Shown here in pieces: positions 63,387-64,000 of a stretch of DNA of 64,000 bases (within the stretch, counting starts at the first letter, position 1; the number at the start of each line of letters is the position of its first letter). Origin of the DNA: Vulcanimicrobiota bacterium. Its GTDB lineage: Bacteria > Vulcanimicrobiota > Vulcanimicrobiia > Eremiobacterales > Eremiobacteraceae. Made by a program: the position numbers and the translations under genes. The notes beneath the pieces were generated by a model. It had not been told where the DNA came from, ran no database searches, and worked only from the letters and a program-made list of their open reading frames with translations. The stretch lies in contig CAWDVP010000006.1 in NCBI GenBank assembly GCA_963805945.1, positions 1 to 64,000 of the forward strand. The letters run 5' to 3'.

Positions 63387-64000
<614 letters not shown>

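Overview
High-GC bacterial DNA that appears to be two unrelated pieces joined at about 2610/2611, where two truncated genes abut. Bases 1-2610 carry a sulfatase-like gene, a 4-heme cytochrome c, a lipocalin-like protein and a truncated ORF. Bases 2611-64000 read as one chromosome segment of a diderm with Terrabacteria-like gene order; it resembles Eremiobacterota/WPS-2, but that is inference only. It contains acyl-CoA dehydratase/reductase activase genes, a NodIJ-like ABC exporter, an acyl-CoA ligase, the rpsB-tsf-pyrH-frr-cdsA-dxr-rseP-ispG-proS cluster, envelope glycosylation genes and glpX. A large type IVa pilus locus follows (pilT, pilC, group-3 sigma, GT-C glycosyltransferase, three pilins, pilD, crp, pilMNOPQ, SgmX-like TPR proteins), interleaved with aroE/C/K/B. 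The window ends with priA, rpsT, glmM, a LysM-NlpC/P60 hydrolase, tRNA-Gln, an ECF sigma/anti-sigma pair and mdh. Most interesting: (1) a family of REP-like hairpins, one sub-family of which sits inside protein-coding genes (peptide GR[I/M]NSTAP); (2) a pilus locus that appears to carry its own regulators, with recurring GCCGAT(A/G) promoter boxes, CRP boxes before two near-identical pilin genes, a 23-aa membrane microprotein and an SgmX-like protein. Many genes, including aroC and priA, carry single-base frameshifts that are most likely sequencing/assembly errors. All product calls come from motif recognition by eye; no database searches were run.
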